Part shown: one piece after another, positions 41,413-49,702 of the stretch
How the letters are laid out: every line of letters starts with the position of its first letter
Numbering within the stretch: position 1 is the stretch's first letter
NCBI GenBank assembly: GCA_963803145.1
Contig: CAWDLW010000020.1
Coordinates: 96,001-160,000 of the forward strand
Direction of reading: 5' to 3'
DNA length: 64,000 bases
Source of the DNA: Methanotrichaceae archaeon
GTDB lineage: Archaea; Halobacteriota; Methanosarcinia; Methanotrichales; Methanotrichaceae
The notes under the pieces: generated by a model
Databases searched by the model: none
What the model saw: only the letters and a program-made list of their open reading frames with translations
Told to the model about the DNA's origin: nothing
Translations under genes and position numbers: made by a program

Positions 41413-42588
41413 TTAGGTTTGCTTTCTCTTCAGAAGCCTCGCCTGGAAGCCGTGATACTTGGCAAAGCCCTCTGCATCGCGCTGGCTCAGCGTTTGGGAG
41501 TCGAAGGAGACCATATCCTGCGCATAGAGTGCATCAGGCGATTTTCTGCCTACAGGTGTCGCGCATCCGGCATAAAGCTTCATCCTGACTGAGCCGTTCA
41601 CACGCTTCTGGCTATGGTCGATGAAGGCGTTCAGGTCTGGAAACAGAGGATCGTCAACAAGCCCCATGTAAGCCAGCTCTGACCAAGTCTCATCAACGAC
41701 TGACTTGAACCTGAGCTCCTGCCTGGAGAGTACCAGATGCTCTAGGTCATTGTGAGCTGTGAGAAGTATCGTCGCAGCGGGATGCTCATAATTCTCGCGA
41801 GCCTTTAGGCCAAGAACTCTATCCTCGACCATATCTGTCCTTCCGATGCCGTGCTCGCCCCCGATCTGATTGAGCTTTGTTATCAGTTCGATTCCATCCA
41901 TCTTCGCCCCGTCGATGGAGACTGGCACGCCCTTCTCAAATCCTATCTCGATAACCAGGGCAGGCTTATTTGCATCAGGCTTCTTTGACCAGCTATAGAT
42001 CTCCTCAGGCGGCTCAAAGTAGGGATCCTCAAGCCTTCCGCCCTCAATGGACCTGGACCAGAGGTTTTCATCTATCGACCATGGCTTGTCTTTCGTGACA
42101 GGCACATCTATTCCGTGCTCCCGCGCATAATTGATCTCCCATTCGCGCGCGAGATCAAGCTCTCTCATAGGCGCGATTACGCGACAGCTTGTGCACCTGA
42201 AGACCTCTTCGAACCTTAGCTGATCGTTTCCGCGCCCTGTGCAGCCATGCGCCAATGCATTTATTCCTTCCTTCTCGGCGATCTCGACGGCCTTTGAGGC
42301 TATCAGCGGCCTGGCTATTGCAGTTCCCAGAACATAACCCTCGTAAGATCCATTTGCCTTAATCAATGGAAAGAGGTAATTCTCGACGAACTCTTTCCTG
42401 GCATCTATAACATAATGCTTATCGGCAAGCTGCTTCGCGCGGTTGTTTCCCCGTTCAATATCAGCTCCGGGCTGGCCGACATCAACAAGAACAGTTATGA
42501 CTTTATCAAATCCATAACGCTCCCTCAGAAGCGGTATGCAGACGGATGTATCGAGGCCTCCCGAATAGGCCAATACAACTTCACTCAA
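41413..42588 (-). CDS. argG: Argininosuccinate synthase
   Basis: [56 protein letters not shown]; likely TTG start at 42588. Confidence 0.97.
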   Translation of the reverse strand: MSEVVLAYSGGLDTSVCIPLLRERYGFDKVITVLVDVGQPGADIERGNNRAKQLADKHYVIDARKEFVENYLFPLIKANGSYEGYVLGTAIARPLIASKAVEIAEKEGINALAHGCTGRGNDQLRFEEVFRCTSCRVIAPMRELDLAREWEINYAREHGIDVPVTKDKPWSIDENLWSRSIEGGRLEDPYFEPPEEIYSWSKKPDANKPALVIEIGFEKGVPVSIDGAKMDGIELITKLNQIGGEHGIGRTDMVEDRVLGLKARENYEHPAATILLTAHNDLEHLVLSRQELRFKSVVDETWSELAYMGLVDDPLFPDLNAFIDHSQKRVNGSVRMKLYAGCATPVGRKSPDALYAQDMVSFDSQTLSQRDAEGFAKYHGFQARLLKRKQT

Positions 42589-42689
42589 ACGTATATCACC
42601 GCTCCCGTACAATAAGCCATGCAAATTTAATGTTATCTCTTCTTTTGGGCGATAACTCTATAACTGCCGCGGAAAAAAATGATGCCATA

Positions 42690-43790
42690 ATGACGCAGCT
42701 AATTTCGACTGCCGCTCTTAACGTAGACTTTGACCCTGATAGCCATAGGCTCAATGCCCATGGAGCTCTGGCTCTAATGGTCCAGCCAGTCCTAAACAAG
42801 ATCAACCAGAGGCTATCTGAGGAAAAGCCTGCCATGGTCAGATTGAAGGATATAGTTGCCACTACCTGGCTTCCGCCTATACCTAGCGGCCCTTTCAAGA
42901 GGTTGGTACTCAATGAGGCTCGATTTGCTATCGGGAGGCCTGTCCCTCAAACAGTCTCCATTGAGGCGACACGCCTTTGCGGCTGCGCATGCGATCACTG
43001 TCTGATCAAAGATGGCGTGGGAGAGCTAAGCAAAGAGCAGATTCTTGGCGTTATAGATGAGGCACTAGATCTGGGAGCCTGTATCATAACCTTTACAGAA
43101 GGCGACCCGCTGCTGCGTGAGGATATCTTTGAGATCATCAAGCATGTCGATCCTGAGAAGGCTGTTGTTAACCTCTTTACTCCTGGTCTCGAAATGACTA
43201 TCGAGAAGGCAGTGAAACTCAAGGAGGCCGGCCTTTACAACCTAATAATAGGAGTATATAGTCCGGATGCTGCGGAGCATGATAAGATAAGGGGTCTGGA
43301 TGGAGCTTATGCAAAGGCAATCGATGCAATAAAGATGGCTCTTGATGCAGACCTGATGGTGACGATGTCGACCCACGTGAAAGCTGGCGATGTGGAAAAG
43401 ATACCCTTGCTTTACAAGCTTGCATCCGACCTGGGTGTTCATGAACTATCGGTCTGGGAGGGCATACCAAAATCTCCTGAGGAGCAGCTCACCCAGATAG
43501 AGCGCGAGAAGATAATTGACATCTACAGGAGGATTAATTCCACACCTGGCGGGCCTCGTATCTTCGCTAGTACCTACTTTGAGGGCCAGATGCTGGGCTG
43601 CATGGCCGGGCGGAGATGGATGCATGTAGGTGTAGACGGCAATGTCAGAGCATGCCCTTACCTGAATGAAAGCTATGGAAATATTCTAGATAGCCCTCTC
43701 AAGGATATTTGGAAAGCCTTGAGGGACTGCGGAGAGTTCAATAATTTCACCTGCAGCTGTCCAGCTCAAAATCTATTTGGCCAGGTTTGA
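42690..43790 (+). CDS. Radical SAM protein with SPASM/twitch C-terminal domain
   Basis: CGCACDHC (CxxxCxxC), FTEGDPLLR, GCMAGRR...GNVRACPY...GNI; likely start at 42690. Confidence 0.88.
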   Translation: MTQLISTAALNVDFDPDSHRLNAHGALALMVQPVLNKINQRLSEEKPAMVRLKDIVATTWLPPIPSGPFKRLVLNEARFAIGRPVPQTVSIEATRLCGCACDHCLIKDGVGELSKEQILGVIDEALDLGACIITFTEGDPLLREDIFEIIKHVDPEKAVVNLFTPGLEMTIEKAVKLKEAGLYNLIIGVYSPDAAEHDKIRGLDGAYAKAIDAIKMALDADLMVTMSTHVKAGDVEKIPLLYKLASDLGVHELSVWEGIPKSPEEQLTQIEREKIIDIYRRINSTPGGPRIFASTYFEGQMLGCMAGRRWMHVGVDGNVRACPYLNESYGNILDSPLKDIWKALRDCGEFNNFTCSCPAQNLFGQV

Positions 43791-43976
43791 TTATCCCTCA
43801 TCTTTATTTTGCATTGTAATCTATAAGGCAGTGCTTATTTTGGAAATACTCAATCAATAAGTTCTAAAAGAGTACAAAATGTCTTTTTGTTCGGGGTCTA
43901 TCCTACATAAATCCCTCAATAAAAGTTACGGAAAATTATTAGTACAGATAGGGCTTTATGCGTTCTGAGGTAGGAT

Positions 43977-44615
43977 ATGGGATTGATCAGCAGCCTAAGA
44001 GAAAGCTTTGGAGGCTGGATAAATAAAATATTTAAAAAGAAGAGGGCAAAGATAGGAATATATGGCCCGCCAAATGCTGGCAAAACCACCCTTGCCAATA
44101 GGATAGTCAAGGACTGGAGCGACGGCGAGATCATGGGTATAGTCTCGCCGATACCACATGAGACGCGCAGGGCTATTAGACGCGAAGGTGTATTGATAAA
44201 ATCTAATGGCTCAAGCATAGAGCTCGATATAGTCGATACCCCAGGAATGGCTACTAAGATCGACTTTAAGGAGTTCATGGCCCATGGCCTAGCTGAACCT
44301 GAAGCAAAAAAGAGGGCCAAAGAGGCAACAGAGGGCGTAATCGAAGCCATCAAATGGTTGGATGACCTAGACGGTGTGCTTCTAGTAATGGATTCCACTG
44401 AGGACCCCTACACACAGGTCAATGTCACAGTTATAGGAAATATGGAGGCAAGAGGGCTACCGCTTCTCATCGTTGCAAATAAGAATGACCTACCGGATGC
44501 ATCGCCTTCCAGGATAAAATCGGCCTTCCCGCAGCATCCCGTAGTGCAGATCTCGGCTCTTGACGGATCGAATATCGATGGACTTTATCAGGCGATAGCA
44601 GCTCATTTCGGGTGA
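43977..44615 (+). CDS. oapA: Era-like archaeal GTPase (OapA-type)
   Basis: [27 protein letters not shown]; followed by DUF2073 and Zn-ribbon genes. Confidence 0.88.
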   Translation: MGLISSLRESFGGWINKIFKKKRAKIGIYGPPNAGKTTLANRIVKDWSDGEIMGIVSPIPHETRRAIRREGVLIKSNGSSIELDIVDTPGMATKIDFKEFMAHGLAEPEAKKRAKEATEGVIEAIKWLDDLDGVLLVMDSTEDPYTQVNVTVIGNMEARGLPLLIVANKNDLPDASPSRIKSAFPQHPVVQISALDGSNIDGLYQAIAAHFG

Positions 44616-44619
44616 TTTT

Positions 44620-44979
44620 ATGAGAGAATTACAGATGGATCTGATCTCCGGAGAAAAGCTGGAGAGGATGACCTCCATGGAGAAGATTAGGCTTATCCTT
44701 GATAAGGTCAAAACCGGCAGGATAGTTGTTCTGGAGAGCGGGCTCACCCCTGATGAGGAGGTGCGCTTGATTGAGATGACAATGAGCGAGATCCGCTTAG
44801 ATGAGTTCTCGGGAATAGAGATTGAAAGCTATCCTGTCAAGAGGGAGAACTCCTTCTTCAACAAGCTTCTTGGGAAAAACGTGAAGGGCAGGATGACAGT
44901 GATAGGGCCTGCAAACCAGCTAAGGACTATTGAAAAGAATCAGTATCAGATCAGCACTAAGTTATCTGTAGGAGATTAG
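44620..44979 (+). CDS. oapB: DUF2073 family protein (OapB-type)
   Basis: MEKIRLILD.V..G.IVVLE.GLTPDEE..LIE.TM, FSGIEIESYP, TVIGPAN. Confidence 0.88.
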   Translation: MRELQMDLISGEKLERMTSMEKIRLILDKVKTGRIVVLESGLTPDEEVRLIEMTMSEIRLDEFSGIEIESYPVKRENSFFNKLLGKNVKGRMTVIGPANQLRTIEKNQYQISTKLSVGD

Positions 44980-45579
44980 ATGCCCCACATATGTACCCGT
45001 TGCAATAATATCTTCGATTCCGGCGAGGACATATTGAGGGGATGTCCTGTCTGCGGCTGGAAGAAGTTCATGTTCGTTAAAAAAGTCCAGCATGAGGGGA
45101 AGCAGCATGCAGAGCAGGTTATAAACAAGTCTATGGGTGTCAGAAGGCCTCCCAAAAGGTCGATTAAAGAGCGATCGGTGGAGGGAGCAGAGGAGAGATC
45201 GGTGGAAGAATCTGTGGAGAACTCAGTGAAAGAGATCAAAGTGGGCACAGGAGAGTTAGCACAATCTGCTCATGAAAGACCACAGTCTTCTCATGAAAGA
45301 TTACAATCTGCTCACGAAAAACCACCAGTAAAACCTGTAGTAAAACCTGTGCGTGCCAAAATTGATGATAAGATTGCCGATACGACTACCCAAGACAAAA
45401 ATACCACACCATCCCCGCAGATAAATGATAAGCTAGAAAGCATAAAAATTACTGCGCCAGGAACATATGAGCTGAATCTGCCATCGCTCTTTGAAAGGGA
45501 CGAGCTGATCATGGCAGTGAAGGAAGGAACTTACTTTATAGATCTATCCTCAGCCTTCAGAAAGGGCAAGAAGGAATGA
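44980..45579 (+). CDS. oapC: Zn-ribbon protein DUF2072 (OapC-type) with low-complexity linker
   Basis: MPHICTRC...GCPVCGWKKF; ESIKI.APGTYELNL; EGTYFIDL. Confidence 0.88.
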   Translation: MPHICTRCNNIFDSGEDILRGCPVCGWKKFMFVKKVQHEGKQHAEQVINKSMGVRRPPKRSIKERSVEGAEERSVEESVENSVKEIKVGTGELAQSAHERPQSSHERLQSAHEKPPVKPVVKPVRAKIDDKIADTTTQDKNTTPSPQINDKLESIKITAPGTYELNLPSLFERDELIMAVKEGTYFIDLSSAFRKGKKE

Positions 45580-45588
45580 CCTTCCTTC

Positions 45589-45747
45589 TTAGTCCTGCTG
45601 AAGTTTGATCTTTATTTCTCTCCAGTCTTGGCCAACGCCTCTAAGGGATTCGGCCATAGCAACGGCAACGTTGCCTATAATCTCCTGGGTAAAATCATTT
45701 AGGGGGATGACCTTGCCATCCACCATCAGCTCAGCCTTCATCGCCAT
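45589..45747 (-). CDS. Small 52-aa protein missing from the ORF track (resembles a MobB C-terminal-type small domain)
   Basis: Manual translation MAMKAELMVDGKVIPLNDFTQEIIGNVAVAMAESLRGVGQDWREIKIKLQQD*; GGGAGA RBS. Confidence 0.7.
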   Translation of the reverse strand: MAMKAELMVDGKVIPLNDFTQEIIGNVAVAMAESLRGVGQDWREIKIKLQQD

Positions 45748-45778
45748 TCTCCCGCTTATTCAAGCGATTTAAGTGCGC

Positions 45779-46186
45779 TTATGCCCCGCCAAATATAGCT
45801 ATTGGAGGAGTATAGACTGTGCTATTTGCCGATATCGCCAGGGGCAGGGTGAAGACAGTGTTCGCCTGGGAGGTGATATTCTGATTCTTTATGGAAAACA
45901 TGGGGGTAATCGTCACTGGAGACGGTCCTGTTATAATTACTGGCGAAGCGGTTGATTCGACTGTAGGCTTTCCAAGGGTACTGAGATCGGAGACCGATGG
46001 AGTCGTATTTTCTCCAAGGTGGGTAGCAGGAACGCTAGCCATGCTTTGAGAGATCACTGGAATAGTTATAGTACCCAGATTATTCTTTCCTAGAGTGCTG
46101 AGATCCAGCACGTTATCTGCGCCAGCTGCAATCAGCACGCCTGCTAGAAGCATCGTGACAACGATGATCGTGAGAGTTACTTTCAT
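45779..46186 (-). CDS. Secreted Thr/Pro/Ser-rich protein
   Basis: Signal peptide; duplicated DLSTLGK motif; GGAGG RBS. Confidence 0.75.
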   Translation of the reverse strand: MKVTLTIIVVTMLLAGVLIAAGADNVLDLSTLGKNNLGTITIPVISQSMASVPATHLGENTTPSVSDLSTLGKPTVESTASPVIITGPSPVTITPMFSIKNQNITSQANTVFTLPLAISANSTVYTPPIAIFGGA

Positions 46187-46597
46187 TATTAACCTCCGTT
46201 CTCCCGGTACATATGCGTACCTTGTTTTTACCCTGGTACCTGTGGTTTAACCATTTATTCCTTTTGCTGATCTATTGAGCATTTGCTGATACTATTGCAG
46301 ATTTAGATAATTCCATAAAATCGCTCGGATAGGATACTTTTCACATCGATAGATGGATAAATCGGAAGCTAACTGCCAATTCTGAAAGCCGTCAAATATA
46401 GTAGCCTGCATTCAGCTTGCTATTCCTCCATGCCTATGGTCTCTGGTCTCCGGGATTCATGCCCCCTTTAGAGATAAAGATCCTCAAGGCAAAGCGTGTG
46501 ACTGAGACGAGGGCTGTATGATTGGCTGTATAATCGATAACTGGAGGGCTATAATTATCAAGCACAAGCTAAAAAAGGAGGGCTATGAAAAGCCCAT

Positions 46598-47215
46598 TTA
46601 GTAATTTGGGGGTACAGATGTTTGCGGTGTCTGTGATGGGACTGTCCCCTGTGTTGATGGCGGCATCTGGCCTGCTGCTGCGACTACTTGGATACTGCTC
46701 AATATACCTTGTGTCACACTCTCAGGATAGGTTGATGTTATATCCACGAGCATCGTGCCAACAGAAACAGGGCCGCATTCACAATTGCTGCTGTCCAGCC
46801 AGTATTGTGCCTGGTAGAATTGTAGCCCAGAGGGTACACCCATGCCGAATGGCAATCCAGAGATAAGGAAGCCATTCTTGCCATCTATAACCTGCTCTTC
46901 AGCTGCAGTAGTGTTAATTCCTCTTAATGCCATACGAAGGGCCGTAATTTCCTCGCTCACCTGCAGAGTGGAATCTGTGAGGTTATTGTACTGTGTTATA
47001 CTTATTGAAGCGCCGGTCATATTATCAGTTACTATCACTATCGGATATATCGTGGCAAAAGGATAAACTGCTGGATTCGGCGTTTGAATCTGGTAGTTCA
47101 TGTTTGTGTTCATATTGAAGGATACCGTATAAGGTCCTGTCTGGCGTGTCTCAGTGGCGGCTAAAGACAGGGAAGACAGCATTAGAACTAATGCTATCGC
47201 AATTATTAATCTCAT
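46598..47215 (-). CDS. Secreted hypothetical protein
   Basis: Signal peptide; GPYTVSF, IDGKNG, YWLDS..CECGPVSVG, STYP. Confidence 0.8.
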   Translation of the reverse strand: MRLIIAIALVLMLSSLSLAATETRQTGPYTVSFNMNTNMNYQIQTPNPAVYPFATIYPIVIVTDNMTGASISITQYNNLTDSTLQVSEEITALRMALRGINTTAAEEQVIDGKNGFLISGLPFGMGVPSGLQFYQAQYWLDSSNCECGPVSVGTMLVDITSTYPESVTQGILSSIQVVAAAGQMPPSTQGTVPSQTPQTSVPPNY

Positions 47216-47217
47216 TT

Positions 47218-48009
47218 TTAATAACCTCCTGTAGATGGATTACCCAATGGTTGACTACTCGTTTGCTGGGCTATTGGCTGAGTATAGCCTGGCTGCTGAT
47301 AGGCGGTCTGCTGACTTGACAGCGGATTATAGGCAGCCACATTGGCAACAACATCGATATCTATAGCGTTGCTCAGCTGGCTGCCTATTGAGAATAGCAG
47401 TATATGTTGCCCTATTGTATCTGCATAGAAACTTATTTGGCTCGATCCCGGGTAGAAATAGTAGTAGTTCTTTATCAGCTGGCCATCTGGACGTATCTCA
47501 TAAAGGTATCCGCTGCCGCCTATGGGAGTGATTGCCAAAATGGTTAAGGATGAACCCTGGGGGACTGTTGCATACTGGGTCCAGCTGGTAGTCCCTTCTA
47601 TCCATAGAGAATTGCCTCCTGTGTACGTAGAATAGGTCTGGTATTGAGAGTATGGCACCGCCTGTGTCTGACCTACAAAATAGAGGCTTGATGGTGCATT
47701 GCCGCTGATTGCATATCTCTGAGGTGCAGTGATATGAGTAATCGGAGCAGCTCCTATGGGCATCCTATAGTACTGAGAATAGTCTATTGAGAAGAATTTT
47801 TGGAATCCGTAGGATTGATTAACGTTAGGATATTGGCCAAAGGGAATGCTTGAGGGATGAGTGCCGATAGGAGAATAGTACGGTCCTGTTACATATACTG
47901 GCCCAGAGCTGAGCCAATCTTGAGGAGATCCTAGATCCCAAAGCTGACTAGAGGCGGATCCCATCAGAAGGCTCAAAAGAAGAGCCAATAGGCATAATTG
48001 CTTTGTCAT
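47218..48009 (-). CDS. Secreted hypothetical protein (paralogue of 17809-18639)
   Basis: Signal peptide from MTKQ; NSLWIEGTTSWTQYATVPQGS; FYADTIGQH. Confidence 0.8.
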   Translation of the reverse strand: MTKQLCLLALLLSLLMGSASSQLWDLGSPQDWLSSGPVYVTGPYYSPIGTHPSSIPFGQYPNVNQSYGFQKFFSIDYSQYYRMPIGAAPITHITAPQRYAISGNAPSSLYFVGQTQAVPYSQYQTYSTYTGGNSLWIEGTTSWTQYATVPQGSSLTILAITPIGGSGYLYEIRPDGQLIKNYYYFYPGSSQISFYADTIGQHILLFSIGSQLSNAIDIDVVANVAAYNPLSSQQTAYQQPGYTQPIAQQTSSQPLGNPSTGGY

Positions 48010-48143
48010 AATCTTTTCACCATAATAAGACATGCTTCAAAAAATTTAAAACTATCTCACATTGCGTACTTTTTAGTTTTTAGTAAAATAGCAGGGGAAT
48101 GCAGAAGCATATCTGCATCCCTTGACGGCACTTACTCAATGCC

Positions 48144-49244
48144 CTATGAAGCGCTGGATCCTGTTGGAGCCGCCGATCCTGTGGGGCATCCCCTTGTACA
48201 GCGACTGCTTGTTGGACAACTTGAGCCGGAACAACACGTCGAACCCGTTACGCATGTAGATCCTGTCGGACAGCTTGCACGAGTTGTGCAACCCGCACCG
48301 GTTACACAGCGTCCGCCCGTTACGCATCCGCTAGAGGATGGACAACAGGAGTTGGTTGAACAGCCTGTGCCTGTTGGACAAGCACTATTTGTTGCGCAAT
48401 AACTGCAGGTTGTACAGCCACTGCCGGTTGGACAAGCACTGCTAGTTAGGCAATAGTTGCAGGTTGTACATCCGGTGCCGGTTGGACAAGCACTATTTGT
48501 TGCGCAATAACTGCAGGTCGTACATCCGGTGCCGGTTGGACAAGCACTGCTAGTTAGGCAATAGTTGCAGGTTGTACATCCGGTGCCGGTTGGACAAGCA
48601 CTATTTGTTGCGCAATAATTGCAGGTCGTACAGCTACTGCCTGTTGGACAAGCACTGCTGGTTAGGCAATAGCTGCATGTTGTACATCCGCTGCCGGTTG
48701 GACAAGCACTATTTGTTGCGCAATAATTGCAGGTTGTACATCCGGTGCCTGTTGGACAAGCACTGCTAGTTAGGCAATAGTTGCAGGTTGTACATCCGCT
48801 GCCTGTCACGCAGCCAGTAGTTGTGGGACAGTAAGAGTTGGTGTTACAGTTGCAGCCGGTTGGACAGCTACCTCCGCTTGGGCAGCCAGTACCTGTAAGG
48901 CAGCTTGCACCTGTTGGGCAGCCAGTGCCTGTGGGACAGTTCGTGCCTGTCGGGCAATTGCAGCCCGTTGTACAGCCGGTTGTCGGACAGCCGGAGCCAG
49001 ATGGACATAATGAGCCACTAGCACAATCGCCGCCAGTCGGACATGTTGATCCAGATGCACAGTTACAGCCTGTAGTGCAGCCTGCGCCTGTAGGACAGGT
49101 CGAACCTGTCGGACAATTACAGCCGGTAGGACATCCTGCGCCTGTTAAGCTGTTGGCCTGTACGGCTTGTACCCCCTCATCTGCATGTACGCTGCCGATC
49201 AATAGCAAAGAGAGGACTATCAACAGCACTAAAGTAGTTTTCAT
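48144..49244 (-). CDS. Secreted Cys-hexapeptide repeat protein A (about 54 C-x-[T/S]-x-x-x units)
   Basis: Signal peptide MKTTLVLL..SVHA; GGAGGAG RBS; 8 central 18-aa units CTTC[NS]Y-C[LA]T[SN]SA-CPTG[TS][GS]. Confidence 0.88.
   Translation of the reverse strand: MKTTLVLLIVLSLLLIGSVHADEGVQAVQANSLTGAGCPTGCNCPTGSTCPTGAGCTTGCNCASGSTCPTGGDCASGSLCPSGSGCPTTGCTTGCNCPTGTNCPTGTGCPTGASCLTGTGCPSGGSCPTGCNCNTNSYCPTTTGCVTGSGCTTCNYCLTSSACPTGTGCTTCNYCATNSACPTGSGCTTCSYCLTSSACPTGSSCTTCNYCATNSACPTGTGCTTCNYCLTSSACPTGTGCTTCSYCATNSACPTGTGCTTCNYCLTSSACPTGSGCTTCSYCATNSACPTGTGCSTNSCCPSSSGCVTGGRCVTGAGCTTRASCPTGSTCVTGSTCCSGSSCPTSSRCTRGCPTGSAAPTGSSAS
48370..48800. repeat. Coding tandem repeat, 54-bp unit (108-bp super-unit), about 8 copies
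   Basis: Recurring GTTGGACAAGCACT..., alternating GCTAGTTAGGCAATAG and ATTTGTTGCGCAATAA. Confidence 0.9.
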
Positions 49245-49660
49245 ATTCTCCTCCAACACTATTTTTAAAAGATGTCTCTTGTGGCATTTTAATAAGTATA
49301 TAGGAATAAATTGTTCTGATTGCTCATTATTATTATGCGTACCTTGTAGAAGTACGTAATCATCTTAGCTAATTTTTTTCATAGTTTTCTCGACATGCTG
49401 ATCTATTTAAATGCTTAATACGTGAATTATAGACAAAAATTTACTATAAATTCTGATGAACATACCAGTAAGCATATTAAGATGAGTTTCAGAATCTATT
49501 AACCCACTTCATATCGATACTTTATAAATACATAAAATACAACAATTAGCGGAAAATAAGATAGAATGTTCTTAGACAAGGGTTTCTTGCGCGAGCTATA
49601 TCCTTTTCCAGGCTTGAGTTTGATGGTTGTTAAAAAGATACCGATATAAAATTTATCGGC

Positions 49661-49691
49661 GAACTCGGCTAGTTATAGGCCAGCCGAGTTC
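49661..49691 (-). terminator. Stem-loop just 3' of the membrane-protein operon
   Basis: GAACTCGGCT / AGCCGAGTTC perfect 10-bp stem, 11 bp after the stop of 49703-51784. Confidence 0.5.
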
Positions 49692-49702
49692 CCGATTTTA
49701 AA

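Noticed and set aside
42690-43790. Radical SAM/SPASM protein as maturase of the Cys-repeat proteins
   Set aside because: It is over 4 kb away on the opposite strand among housekeeping genes and is cytoplasmic, whereas the repeat proteins are Sec-exported. Not excluded, but unsupported.
43791-43976. Replication origin next to the oapABC-type genes, as in haloarchaea
   Set aside because: No orc1/cdc6 gene and no recognisable ORB repeats in the short intergenic region.
48370-48800. Polyferredoxin call for repeat protein A
   Set aside because: Spacing is C-x2-C-x2-C-x5-CP rather than x3, there are no ferredoxin hydrophobic core residues, and it is Sec-exported. Kept only as an alternative hypothesis.
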